From Saprospiraceae bacterium (lineage in GTDB: Bacteria; Bacteroidota; Bacteroidia; Chitinophagales; Saprospiraceae): 38,846 nucleotides of DNA. Shown here one piece after another: positions 15,053 to 24,941 of this stretch. The notes under the pieces are model-generated. The model was not told the origin of the DNA. It did no database searches and was given only the letters and a program-made list of their open reading frames with translations. The stretch lies in contig JAHDBK010000001.1 of NCBI GenBank assembly GCA_020630455.1, positions 1-38,846 of the forward strand, written 5' to 3'. The position numbers and the translations under genes were made by a program. The number at the start of each line of letters is the position of its first letter. Position 1 is the first letter of the stretch.

Positions 15053-17370
15053 TTGATGTCTCCTATAATTTTAAATTCTGTTCTACGATTAATTTGTCTA
15101 TTTTCAGGATTATCAGTACCATCAGGATTAGTATTAGGAACTAGAGGAGTTGATTCTCCATATCCTTTAGCGACTAATCTATTTCTACTGATACCTCTCT
15201 GAACCAGCCAATCTACTACGCTTTGAGCCCTTTGTTGGGATAAATTCATATTGTAAGCCTCTTTACCTTTGCTATCGGTATGAGAACCTAATTCTATAAC
15301 AATACTAGGATTATCTTTTAATAATTGTAATAATATTTCTAATTGAGGGATAGATTCATTTCTTAAATTAGCAGAATTAAAATCATATAAGATATTATCT
15401 AATTTAAAACTGACATCCTTGCGTTTTTCTTTAAGTGAAATACTTGAATTAGTTGTACATTCCTTGGATGTTCCAGTAGTAACAGATGTTGAAGAAGATA
15501 AAAACCCATCTTTTGATACTGCAATTTTAAATGAGCTACCTTTTGGCAAATCAGTAGTTAATTTTCCTGAAGCATCTGTATTTAAGGTAGTAAACAATTC
15601 TTCTTTACCACTTATTCTTTGGTAAATTTTGACAACTGCATTTGATAAAGCTCCGTTTCCTTTTTCATTTCTGGCTGTAAATGATAGTGTGCAAGAATCT
15701 GAAATCTTGATTAAATAAATATCTTTTTCAAAGACTTTATCTTCATTGACATTAGTATTAAAAGTATAGGAATATGGTTCATAGCCCTCTTCTTTTACTT
15801 CTATCAAGTATTCCCTATTAATATCCAAATCATCATAAATATAACCATCAGAGGCCGTTGTAATAGTTTTAATTAATTCCTTTTCACCTTCTCCTGTAAC
15901 ATCATATAATTCAATCGTTATATCTTCTAAATTTTCTTTATTTTCATCGAAGACTTTACCTGTACTTACTAGTAGTTTTTCTAAATCAGGACCTTGAATA
16001 TTTGCAACAAAGATATCATCACAACAAGTTCTTCCAGCAACTGAATACCCCCCAGATCTATTAGATACCCAATAAGCTATATCTTTAGTTCCATTTAAAA
16101 CAAATGATGTTTCATCAGAAGAGCTATTGACATCTAAACCAAGATTTTTCACAGGAGACCAATCTGTATTAGAGATACTTTCATGATGAGACATGAATAC
16201 ATCTAAGCCTCCATAAGAAGGGTGTCCATCAGAGCTAAAATACAATCTAGGTCTATCATCTTGATATCCTTCAGCATTATCAATATAAGGAAAATACTCA
16301 TTACCAATAGTATTAATAGTTTTTCCTAAATTTACAATTGAATTCAATTTATCCCCTGAAGCAATATACAAATCGTAACCTCCTTGTCCACCAGGACGAT
16401 TAGAAGAAAAATAGACTACATCATTGCCATAAATATCACTTTTAACCCAAGGAGTTGTACTTTCATATCCATCCATATTGATATCGCTTTCAATTTTTTG
16501 AGGACGAGACCAAGCATATTTATCATTTCCTGAATTTTTGGTACTTAAATAAATACCACAATCTGTATCTACACCTACTTGTTGACAAATTGTTAAATAC
16601 ATTCTTTCACCATCTTCAGAGATTGAAGCAGAACCCACATGTTCAAAAACATCTTCATAAGCAATACTTAACTCCTTAACCTCCTTTGATCTTTTGAATT
16701 TTTCAATGGTTGCAAAATATAATTTAGAAGATAATCCTTGTTCTTTTTGTTCTTCTTGTCTTATCAATTCGTCAGCTTTGAAAGATGTGAACAATAATCT
16801 ACCATCAGGCATCACATAAGCAGACGATTCAGTATATTTACTATTTACTTTATTATCTAAATTATCAACTTCTTTAACTACAATTATTTTTTCTGATTGA
16901 AGTTTTGCCATTTGGCAACCTTTATATTCATTTTGAGCCATGCTTTTAATATTATCAGCATCATCTCCATCATAATTTTGATAAATATCATTAAAAATTT
17001 CTGCTGCTAATTCATACTTTTCTGTTTGTTTTAGCATAGTAGCATAATGATACTTTAACATTGGATAATCTTGATGAATTGAAGAATCCTTTTCTCCTTT
17101 CTTCATTAAAGTTCTATAAGCTGAAACCGCTCCTCTATAGTCTCTTCCCATTCTTGATGCCTCAGCTTGTTTGAATTTTAACTCTAGGTTTTTATTGTTT
17201 AATTGTATTGCTTTTTTGTAGTAATCCACAGCGGAGTAATAACTACCTTTCATGAATAATTCATCAGCTTTTGCCGCCAATTCATTCCACGTATCTTTCA
17301 CTTTTCCTGGCTGAGCCAATAAAGTATTAGATATAAAAATTATTATGAGTATTATATAAAGATTTCTCAT
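15049..17370 (-). CDS. OmpA-family protein with TPR, TolB-like (PD40) propeller and CarboxypepD_reg-like domains
   Basis: Signal peptide MRNLYIILIIIFISNTLLAQ and N-terminal TPR-like helices. PD40-type motifs are present (YFSSNRPGGQGGYDLY, LYFSSDGHPSYGGLDVF, AYWVSNRSGGYS), followed by two Ig-like modules. The C-terminal OmpA domain reads NILYDFNSANL...LGSHTDSKGKEAYNMNLSQQRAQSV...NRRTEFKI. Confidence 0.9.
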   Translation of the reverse strand: MRNLYIILIIIFISNTLLAQPGKVKDTWNELAAKADELFMKGSYYSAVDYYKKAIQLNNKNLELKFKQAEASRMGRDYRGAVSAYRTLMKKGEKDSSIHQDYPMLKYHYATMLKQTEKYELAAEIFNDIYQNYDGDDADNIKSMAQNEYKGCQMAKLQSEKIIVVKEVDNLDNKVNSKYTESSAYVMPDGRLLFTSFKADELIRQEEQKEQGLSSKLYFATIEKFKRSKEVKELSIAYEDVFEHVGSASISEDGERMYLTICQQVGVDTDCGIYLSTKNSGNDKYAWSRPQKIESDINMDGYESTTPWVKSDIYGNDVVYFSSNRPGGQGGYDLYIASGDKLNSIVNLGKTINTIGNEYFPYIDNAEGYQDDRPRLYFSSDGHPSYGGLDVFMSHHESISNTDWSPVKNLGLDVNSSSDETSFVLNGTKDIAYWVSNRSGGYSVAGRTCCDDIFVANIQGPDLEKLLVSTGKVFDENKENLEDITIELYDVTGEGEKELIKTITTASDGYIYDDLDINREYLIEVKEEGYEPYSYTFNTNVNEDKVFEKDIYLIKISDSCTLSFTARNEKGNGALSNAVVKIYQRISGKEELFTTLNTDASGKLTTDLPKGSSFKIAVSKDGFLSSSTSVTTGTSKECTTNSSISLKEKRKDVSFKLDNILYDFNSANLRNESIPQLEILLQLLKDNPSIVIELGSHTDSKGKEAYNMNLSQQRAQSVVDWLVQRGISRNRLVAKGYGESTPLVPNTNPDGTDNPENRQINRRTEFKIIGDIN

Positions 17371-17402
17371 TTTAGAGATAATTTAAATTTTAAAATATAA
17401 TA

Positions 17403-18416
17403 TTAATAAAAACGAATACAAGGTAAGTCTGGCTTAACTGGTTTGGATGTTCTACCTATATAACCAACTGTAATTTCATAACCACCTTGTGTCCTTGAAG
17501 CAGGTTGTAATTGAGATATATTTAAGTCATAACTTGCCATTAACCTCATTCCTTTGAACACTATTCCAGCATCTACAATGGCTGCATCTCCTACTCTATA
17601 TCCTCCTCCTATTATTAATTGCATATCAGGATTAAAAGCATAACCAAGATTCGTTGTAAAATTAATCTCATTAACGCTTGCTTGATTCATAAAGAGAAGC
17701 TCTGGCATTAAGCTTAATTTTGGATTTTTGAATCCAAAAGTGGCTTGTGCAAAAGCGACTAATCTACCTGGCAAATTATTTTCACTAGTACCAGCAAGGA
17801 ATATTTCAGAAGTCGGAATTAAATGCATATATGATCCTCCAAACTTAAAATTGCTTTTATCATTTGGATAAAAACTCATTACCAAACCAGCTCTTAAATC
17901 AGCCCCTGATATTTGAGTATTATTAAAATTCTCATTGCTTGGATTGACAATGTTTCCATTATTATCAAACATACTTTCAAAAATGAGTAAATTAGAATTC
18001 AAGCGTTTATTGAGAAAGCCTCCTTGTAATCCAAAAGATAAATAGGTTTTTTCTTTTTTATCTAAACTCATGTGATATGCAGCCGATAACTGCACTTCAA
18101 TATCTGATAAATCGCCACCTCCAGACTGATCATTTAAAAACATTAAACCAAAGCCTAATGAATTTCTACTTTCTTCTTTCAGTTTGAAATTCATATCAAA
18201 AGCAGCTCCTGGCGTTGAATAAACACCTCCTTGAGTAATACTGCCCCATTGATTTCTATAAATAAGTCCCAATCTATACGTTCCTTCAATATGACCAGAA
18301 AGAGCAGGATTAACTGATAATGGCATATTATAGAATTGAGAAAAGTGTTTGTCTTGTGCATTCATATTCAATGCAACAAACATTATGATTATTATTAATA
18401 TATATTTATAATTCAT
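17403..18416 (-). CDS. Type IX secretion system membrane protein, PorP/SprF family
   Basis: 337 aa. The mature N-terminus QDKHFSQFYNMPLSVNPALSG is the hallmark PorP/SprF start, the rest is beta-barrel-like, and it sits immediately downstream of a type-B-CTD cargo gene. Confidence 0.92.
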   Translation of the reverse strand: MNYKYILIIIIMFVALNMNAQDKHFSQFYNMPLSVNPALSGHIEGTYRLGLIYRNQWGSITQGGVYSTPGAAFDMNFKLKEESRNSLGFGLMFLNDQSGGGDLSDIEVQLSAAYHMSLDKKEKTYLSFGLQGGFLNKRLNSNLLIFESMFDNNGNIVNPSNENFNNTQISGADLRAGLVMSFYPNDKSNFKFGGSYMHLIPTSEIFLAGTSENNLPGRLVAFAQATFGFKNPKLSLMPELLFMNQASVNEINFTTNLGYAFNPDMQLIIGGGYRVGDAAIVDAGIVFKGMRLMASYDLNISQLQPASRTQGGYEITVGYIGRTSKPVKPDLPCIRFY

Positions 18417-18435
18417 CTTATAATAAATTTTAGAA

Positions 18436-21400
18436 TTATCTAACTAAATTACAATGTCCTTTTAACTCTCTAGACCTACCTAATAAATCAATGTATTCTA
18501 GTAAATAGACATAAGTTCCAATAGGTTGTTCTTTACCATTATAGGTTCCGTCCCAATCTACTGTAGGGTCATCATGTACCAAAACGCCCCATCTATCAAA
18601 TATTTTGAAACCCGTAATATCAGCATTGGCATTAGGAACAAAAGGACCATAAGTATCATTATTGGTATCTCCATTTGGTGAGAATGCTGTAGGCATTACT
18701 ACAATTGCAGGAGGAAATACGGTAACGGTTACGTCCGCTGTAGTCACACAACCATTGGCATCCGTTACCACTAAAGTATATGTTGTAGTTTGAACAGGGA
18801 ATGCATCTGTAGTAGGACCGTTTGGATTAGTTAAAGTTCCATTAGCAGGTATCCATTGATAAGTGTAAGGAGTTGTTCCCCCTGTAACATCTGCAGATAA
18901 TTGAGTAAATTCCCCTTCTTCTATTTCAGTGTCTGGGCTCATAACAATCACAGGAGAATCAAACTGTCCTATTGTAGTACTACCAGAAGTTTGACAACCA
19001 ATAGCATCCGTAATAGTAACGGTATACGTTCCCGCAGGAACATCTAGTAATGGATTACCATTAAGATTATTAGACCATTCAAAATTAATAGGGTCAGTTG
19101 CATTATCAACCGTTACAGAAATAGAACCATTTTCTTGACCTGCACATACATTGGCAACATCAAATACAGGTGTTAATTCATAATCCTCAACAGTAGCAGA
19201 TGAAACTACAGTACAACCATTTAAATCTGTAATTGTAACCGTGTAAGTACCAATAGCTAGGTCATTTATTTCACTTGTATTTTCAAAATTAGACCAATTA
19301 AAAGTAAATCCTGGAATTCCATTTAAAGGACTAGCGACTATACTTCCTTTATTATCATCTACACAAGTATTTTGAACGATTAGTTCTGCTTCCATATCAT
19401 ATTCAGTTACTTCGGTTTGACCTTGAGCTTCACAACCTCTAGCATCTGTAACCGTAACAGAATAGGTACCAATATCTAAATTAGATAAAGTTTCATTGGT
19501 AGTCATTGTATTATTTGACCAATTGAATTGATAAACTGGCACACCACCTGTTACTGTGGTAATTATAGCACCAGCGCTTTGTTCTATACAAGTTTCAGCA
19601 ATAAAAAAGTCTAAACTTAAATCAGATAAACCAACTGTAGTCTGAGTGACCGTTTGGCAACCTCTATTATCTGTTACGGTAACGGTATAAGTATTTTGAG
19701 CTAAGTTTTCAATTGATTCAGTATCTGCATTATTTGACCAAGAATATGTAAAAGGAGCTGTTCCAACTGCTATTACATCAACAGCACCTAAAGATTGTCC
19801 TGTACAAGTAGGGGTAGCTATTGCTTGAGCATCAGCTCCAAAAGAAGGTAATTCATATAAGGCATGAGCTATACATCCATTAGCATCTACTAATTCTACA
19901 AAATATTGACCTTCTGCAGCATCATTTACATGAAACTCACCTCCACAAACTGAGCTTGCACCTGTTTCAACAGTAACAGGATTATCATCATATTCCAAAT
20001 TATATGTATAACCAGCTGTACCATATTCTGGAGTCAAGCAAATAGTACCATTACTTTCTCCAGGGCAAGGCGGTAAATTAACAATTATTGAACCTAATGG
20101 TTCTGGTTCGTTAATTAATATTAAACCAGAATAAGGTGCGACACAACCATTTGCATCTGTGACGATTAACTCGTACATGCCATTATCTAAACCACTTATA
20201 GTTTGAACAGAATTATTAGTCACAATATCTTGTATACCTGACAATTGATAAGTGAAAGGAGCAGTACCTCCTGTTAGACTTACAATAACATTTCCATTAT
20301 TAGCACCATAACAAGTAATATCATTAGTTTGTACATCTGTAATTCCAAAACCTGGACAAGTAGGTTCTAAAACTTCAACTTGGAAAGTTTGTGAACATGA
20401 AATATCATCTGTTATTGTAATATCATAAACTCCAGCTGGAAGATTACTTAAATCAAAAGAACCATCACAAATAGAATTTGCTCCCAAATCTGTTAATGTT
20501 CCTGTATTTGGACTAGTAGTGATAGTATAAGGAGCTATTCCTCCTGTTATACACATACCTATATTGCCATTAGTTCCACCATTATTAGATACGTGTTGCA
20601 CATCGGCATCAAGGTTTATCATTTCATTTTCATTAATAATTATATTATTAATAATAAATTGACATGCATTATCATCTTGTATTAATAAATCATATACTCC
20701 AGCATTTAAATCTGATATATTAACATCATTATTATTTTGAGGAGTAGAAAAAGTCATTCCTCCATCAAATGAATATGAAAATGGAGATGTGCCATTCACA
20801 ATATTAAAATCTATCACACCTGTATTATCTCCATTACAATCAATATCAGTCACTACAAAGTTATCAATGCTTATAGGACAGGTTGGATCATTAATAATAA
20901 AAGTAAGTACATCTGAACAGCCATTTGCATCGGTTACTGTGACTTCATAAGTTCCTGCTGGTAAATTATCAATTAATATTCCTTCATCTCCACAAGCTGT
21001 ATTATTGGTTGTGTTACCTGCGGTTGGGTTGATTGAAGCAGAAAAACCACCAGAGCCTCCACTTGCACAAATTTGGATAGTTCCATCAGCTGAAGCAAGA
21101 GATGTAGTATTTGTAGAAGTTCCAGAAATATTGACATCATTAGGTTCTGTAATTACTACAGGATTATATAAATAGGTTACTTCGCATCCATTATTATCAA
21201 AAAGAGCTACATTATAAGTACCCGCAGGTAAATCAGTCATAAGGAAAGGGTCTGTTCCAGAAACTGGAAAAGTTTGAGGAGGAATTCCGTTTCCTAACTC
21301 GACTGTAATTGTCGTAGCTGTTCCTTCATCATGTAATAATATTTCTAAAGTCCCATCATTTGCTCCAGTACAAGTTACATCAGTAGGATTGACGCTTGAT

Positions 21401-23118
21401 AGTTGAAATCCAGTACAATTTGGAGCATTAATAGCTAAATTATTGACTATGGTATTACAACCATTTGCATCGGTTATACTTGCAGAATAAACACCTTGAC
21501 TCAAACCTGCAATTACATAATTAAAATTACATGTTCCTGCTACTTGAAAAACAGTTCCCACATTAGGAGTTAATTCAATATTATAAGGTCCTGTTCCATC
21601 GTTAATACACAATTGAATTTCGCCATCATTCCCTGTTACTGTTGTAACATTTGTGGTAGTTGGGTCAATATCATTATTATCAAAAGTATAAAAATCAGGT
21701 ATAATTGGTATTTGAGTATCAAAATCATTATCTACTATAGCATATAATTGGTTAGCTGATATATGAGCTGTAAAATAGGTGTCATCACAAGAAGCATCAC
21801 CATCAGCATCTACTATAAAATCGACAAAATCTCCTGCATTTACAGTAGCAGAAACACAATAATCAAAAGCAGCATTGATGTTAAAAGCACTGTATACTTC
21901 TACTCCATTTACTAGTATTCTAATACTTTGAGTACTTCCAAAACATCCCCCTGTATTATCTGTATTTAAATCTTCGAGAGTTCCACACATGGTAATGATG
22001 CCTGTATGATTACTTATCCATCTTCTTACGGCTGATAAATTAGGATTATCAATACTAGGATGGCCATTGGTATCTGTCAAAGTAGGTAAATTTAATGTTG
22101 TTCCAGAAGTTTCCCAAAAAGTACCATTATAAGTCATTTGAGTAAAGGAAGTATAGTTAGTTCCTTCATAAGAACCATATTGCCATTCGCCGTTAGCAGT
22201 TCCTTGTGTATCAGAAAAATCGACATCAGATTGCCCCAATGTTTGTATATTTTGCAAAGGATAATCAGTAGGACTAATCATCATTCCTCCTTGAATCGGA
22301 TTACCTTCATACCATGTTACTGTCGAGCCACTCCCAACTGCTGCAATTACATCAGAATCATAATTATCTAAATCAATAGTACCTCCAATACATGTACTAA
22401 CATTAACTGTATTATTTGTTGTTAAAGTATTAGCAGCATCTCTCATAAATACTAGATGGCAATATAAATAATTTTCATCAGCAATGATGTCATTTATTCC
22501 TTGGATATCAACTCTAGAGTTAGCTCCTAAATGACCTGCCCAAAGTTCGCCATAAGTACCTTCATTTTGCCAGCAACAAGTGGTGGCATCAAAAGAAGTC
22601 GTCCAATCGGCTATTCCGTCTCCTTCTATATCTATAGAAATATCCAACTGATCATCATATTTATATAAAATTAAGCGATAATATCCTGATTCAAAGCCTT
22701 GTCTTTTAGCTAGGATACTATTTCCACCAGGAGTATTGGTAATGGCAGGACATAGTATTCCATTTCCTTGAAAATTACCAACATTCATAGGTGTTCCAAA
22801 GGCACCTCCTTCTACAGTTCCACTATTATTATCATAAGATAGGCAAGTACTATTATCTGCTCCAGCCCACCAACCATGGGTACAGGTATTGAATTCAATG
22901 TCATCTGCATCTCCTAATAGTTCAGTTACAGAAGTATTGCCAAGGGTATAATATCCTGCATACTCGATTGCACTAAACAATTGGTCATTAAATGCATGGA
23001 CTTTCCATTCATTAATACCATAATCACCTTGATAAGTTGGACAAAATTGAGCTTGACTCATCTTTGGAAAAAGCCACAATCCCAATAGTACGAAAGAGAG
23101 TTTTCGTAAATTTATCAT
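18436..23118 (-). CDS. Large SprB-repeat surface adhesin with T9SS type-B (gliding-motility-associated, CHU_C) C-terminal domain
   Basis: 1560 aa with signal peptide ..PKMSQAQ. More than 12 SprB-type repeats are present (e.g. DITCYGANNGNVIVSLTGGTAPFTYQL, TYTVTVTDNRGC). The C-terminus PTAFSPNGDTNNDTYGPF...FKIFDRWGVLV...WDGTYNGKEQPIGTYVYLLEY matches the type-B CTD. The N-terminal ~470 aa are non-repetitive and unassigned. Confidence 0.92.
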   Translation of the reverse strand: MINLRKLSFVLLGLWLFPKMSQAQFCPTYQGDYGINEWKVHAFNDQLFSAIEYAGYYTLGNTSVTELLGDADDIEFNTCTHGWWAGADNSTCLSYDNNSGTVEGGAFGTPMNVGNFQGNGILCPAITNTPGGNSILAKRQGFESGYYRLILYKYDDQLDISIDIEGDGIADWTTSFDATTCCWQNEGTYGELWAGHLGANSRVDIQGINDIIADENYLYCHLVFMRDAANTLTTNNTVNVSTCIGGTIDLDNYDSDVIAAVGSGSTVTWYEGNPIQGGMMISPTDYPLQNIQTLGQSDVDFSDTQGTANGEWQYGSYEGTNYTSFTQMTYNGTFWETSGTTLNLPTLTDTNGHPSIDNPNLSAVRRWISNHTGIITMCGTLEDLNTDNTGGCFGSTQSIRILVNGVEVYSAFNINAAFDYCVSATVNAGDFVDFIVDADGDASCDDTYFTAHISANQLYAIVDNDFDTQIPIIPDFYTFDNNDIDPTTTNVTTVTGNDGEIQLCINDGTGPYNIELTPNVGTVFQVAGTCNFNYVIAGLSQGVYSASITDANGCNTIVNNLAINAPNCTGFQLSSVNPTDVTCTGANDGTLEILLHDEGTATTITVELGNGIPPQTFPVSGTDPFLMTDLPAGTYNVALFDNNGCEVTYLYNPVVITEPNDVNISGTSTNTTSLASADGTIQICASGGSGGFSASINPTAGNTTNNTACGDEGILIDNLPAGTYEVTVTDANGCSDVLTFIINDPTCPISIDNFVVTDIDCNGDNTGVIDFNIVNGTSPFSYSFDGGMTFSTPQNNNDVNISDLNAGVYDLLIQDDNACQFIINNIIINENEMINLDADVQHVSNNGGTNGNIGMCITGGIAPYTITTSPNTGTLTDLGANSICDGSFDLSNLPAGVYDITITDDISCSQTFQVEVLEPTCPGFGITDVQTNDITCYGANNGNVIVSLTGGTAPFTYQLSGIQDIVTNNSVQTISGLDNGMYELIVTDANGCVAPYSGLILINEPEPLGSIIVNLPPCPGESNGTICLTPEYGTAGYTYNLEYDDNPVTVETGASSVCGGEFHVNDAAEGQYFVELVDANGCIAHALYELPSFGADAQAIATPTCTGQSLGAVDVIAVGTAPFTYSWSNNADTESIENLAQNTYTVTVTDNRGCQTVTQTTVGLSDLSLDFFIAETCIEQSAGAIITTVTGGVPVYQFNWSNNTMTTNETLSNLDIGTYSVTVTDARGCEAQGQTEVTEYDMEAELIVQNTCVDDNKGSIVASPLNGIPGFTFNWSNFENTSEINDLAIGTYTVTITDLNGCTVVSSATVEDYELTPVFDVANVCAGQENGSISVTVDNATDPINFEWSNNLNGNPLLDVPAGTYTVTITDAIGCQTSGSTTIGQFDSPVIVMSPDTEIEEGEFTQLSADVTGGTTPYTYQWIPANGTLTNPNGPTTDAFPVQTTTYTLVVTDANGCVTTADVTVTVFPPAIVVMPTAFSPNGDTNNDTYGPFVPNANADITGFKIFDRWGVLVHDDPTVDWDGTYNGKEQPIGTYVYLLEYIDLLGRSRELKGHCNLVR

Positions 23119-23162
23119 ATTTAATTATAAATTAGTTTTTAAATTAGTTAGACTAATAGATG

Positions 23163-23323
23163 TTAGAACATGTTTAAATTTTTATCTTTATGAAAACCAA
23201 CATATTAAGAACTTGTCTTTATAAATATTTTATCGTTTATCTCGATAAACTCAAAAATATTTATTTCGCCAAAACCTTAATCTATTGATTCTCATTGTGA
23301 TAAATTTTTAAACATATTCTTAG
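23163..23323 (+). repeat. Full copy A of a ~160-nt palindromic intergenic repeat (MITE/REP-like)
   Basis: ~48-nt imperfect terminal inverted repeats (left TTAGAACATGTTTAAATTTTTATCTTTATGAAAACCAACATATTAAG; the reverse complement of the right end matches at roughly three quarters of positions). The central hairpin is GTTTATC-tc-GATAAAC. The interior is ~94% identical to copy B. Confidence 0.85.
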
Positions 23324-23348
23324 AACATGTTTAAATTTTTATCTTTAT
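23320..23348 (+). repeat. 29-nt perfect direct repeat of the left end of copy A
   Basis: TTAGAACATGTTTAAATTTTTATCTTTAT at 23163-23191 recurs exactly at 23320-23348, overlapping the right end of copy A by 4 nt. Confidence 0.95.
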
Positions 23349-23594
23349 AATAATTTTTTAAAAATGCTCTTTGTTTCCGTAAAGATAAAAACTTTCCTTT
23401 ATTTTTTTTATAAATTAAGTTACAAATTCAAATAAAGAATTTGCTTAATTTTTTTTAAATATTAAAAGAAAAATAAACTCATACATTATTAGTCATTAAC
23501 ACAAAGGTAATAACATTAAAAATTTTCTTAATAAGAGTTTATATTTTTAACATTTTGTAAATATAAATTCATTTCTTTGCATAAAATTTTACTT

Positions 23595-24737
23595 GTGAAA
23601 TATATAGCAACTACTCTACAAGGTTCAGAAGAAAAATTAGCTGATGAATTAAAAGAATTTGGAGCTGAAAATATTGAAATTTTAAATCGAGCTGTTTCAT
23701 TTGAAGGAGATAAAGCATTAATGTATACTGCAAATTATCTTTCAAGGCTAGCGCTAAGGATTTTAAAACCTATTTACAAATTTAAAGTAAACGACGAGCA
23801 AAGCTTATATGATAAGGTTTATAAATACAATTGGACAAGGATTTTTAGCCACAAACATACCTTTGCGATTGATAGTATTATTTCAAGCCCATACTTTAAT
23901 CATTCTCATTATGTTTCTTTAAAAATTAAGGATGCAATAGTTGACCAGTTTAGAGATAAATTAGGTAAACGCCCATCTGTTAATATTCAAGAATCAGATT
24001 TTAGGTTTCATGCTTATATAAATGATGATGAATGTCAAATTTCTTTAGACACCTCTGGTTTTTCTCTACACAAAAGAGGATATAGAGAATCAGGTCATAA
24101 AGCACCATTAAATGAAGTCTTAGCTGCATCACTTATTCAATGGTCTGGATGGGATGGTAATACTCCCCTACTCGACCCCATGTGTGGTTCTGGCACTATA
24201 CTGATTGAAGCTGCAATGTACCAAGGCAAAATACCTTGTGGCTTCTATAGAAAAAACAAGTATTCTTTTATGAATTATAAAGATTACGATGAGTCCCTAT
24301 TCAATTCAATTAAAAATAAATATGATACTCAAATAAATTTAGAACCTATAAAACTATTTGGAGGTGACCATAACCCAGCCTATGTTAATATGGCACAATT
24401 TACTATTAAGCAACTTAAATTGGAGCAGTATATAAAAGTAATAAAATCCCCTTTTAGCAGATACCCGAATGAAGCAATTCCAAAAGGAACTATAATTGTC
24501 AATCCACCTTACGGAGAACGTTTAAATAATGATGACAGTATTCTATCATTTTATAGCGATATAGGTGATATTCTTAAACAACAATATAGTGGTTGGAATG
24601 CATGGATATTGAGTTCTAATTTTACTGCTTTAAAACAAATTGCACTTAAGCCTTCAAAAAGCATTATGGTATATAATGGACCACTTCAATGTAAGTTTCA
24701 ATTATTTGAGATGTATCAAGGCAGTAAAAAAAATTAG
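23595..24737 (+). CDS. THUMP-domain class I SAM-dependent RNA methyltransferase (RlmL/RlmK N-terminal-half-like)
   Basis: Motif I DPMCGSGTILIEAA, motif IV NPPYGERL and an N-terminal THUMP-like region (KYIATTLQGSEEKLADELKEFG). Start is uncertain: GTG 23595 is preferred because homologues begin near this motif, and TTG 23577 is the track start. Confidence 0.85.
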   Translation: MKYIATTLQGSEEKLADELKEFGAENIEILNRAVSFEGDKALMYTANYLSRLALRILKPIYKFKVNDEQSLYDKVYKYNWTRIFSHKHTFAIDSIISSPYFNHSHYVSLKIKDAIVDQFRDKLGKRPSVNIQESDFRFHAYINDDECQISLDTSGFSLHKRGYRESGHKAPLNEVLAASLIQWSGWDGNTPLLDPMCGSGTILIEAAMYQGKIPCGFYRKNKYSFMNYKDYDESLFNSIKNKYDTQINLEPIKLFGGDHNPAYVNMAQFTIKQLKLEQYIKVIKSPFSRYPNEAIPKGTIIVNPPYGERLNNDDSILSFYSDIGDILKQQYSGWNAWILSSNFTALKQIALKPSKSIMVYNGPLQCKFQLFEMYQGSKKN

Positions 24738-24765
24738 CACCCAAATACCTTTTGTAATTGGGTGC
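24737..24765 (+). terminator. GC-stem hairpin directly after the methyltransferase stop (terminator-like, no U-tract)
   Basis: GCACCCAA-atacctttt gtaa-TTGGGTGC begins at the last base of the TAG stop (24735-24737). Confidence 0.4.
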
Positions 24766-24780
24766 AGAGAATTAACCTAT

Positions 24781-24941
24781 TTAAGAGCATTTTTATATTT
24801 TAATCTTTATGAAAACCAACATATTAAGAACTTGTCATTATAACTATTTTGTCGTTTATCCCGATAAACTCAAAAATATTTATTTCGCCAAAACCTCAAT
24901 CTATTGATTCTCATTGTGATAAATTTTAAACATACTCTAAG
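24781..24941 (+). repeat. Full copy B of the ~160-nt palindromic intergenic repeat
   Basis: TTAAGAGCATTTTTATATTTTAATCTTTATGAAAACC...GTGATAAATTTTAAACATACTCTAAG with central hairpin GTTTATC-cc-GATAAAC. Same orientation as copy A. Confidence 0.85.

Noticed and set aside
23190-23288. A 32-codon ORF (MKTNILRTCLYKYFIVYLDKLKNIYFAKTLIY) preserved in both full repeat copies (also 24809-24907), with a 9-codon remnant in the half copy.
   Set aside because: All five nucleotide differences between the two copies inside the ORF are non-synonymous (L>H, K>N, I>V, L>P, L>S), which is the opposite of purifying selection on a peptide. There is no promoter box or signal sequence. The shared open frame is expected from ~94% DNA identity.
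23163-24941. Repeat copies A and B as invertible promoters (phase-variation invertons) controlling the adhesin operon and the kinase operon.
   Set aside because: The inverted arms are only about three-quarters identical, with the longest perfect match ~9 nt. Known invertons use short near-perfect IRs. No tyrosine or serine recombinase is encoded in the window. The internal TATTTTTG box has a TTTG only 10 nt upstream, not at -33 spacing. It is worth a read-orientation check but is not supported by sequence alone.
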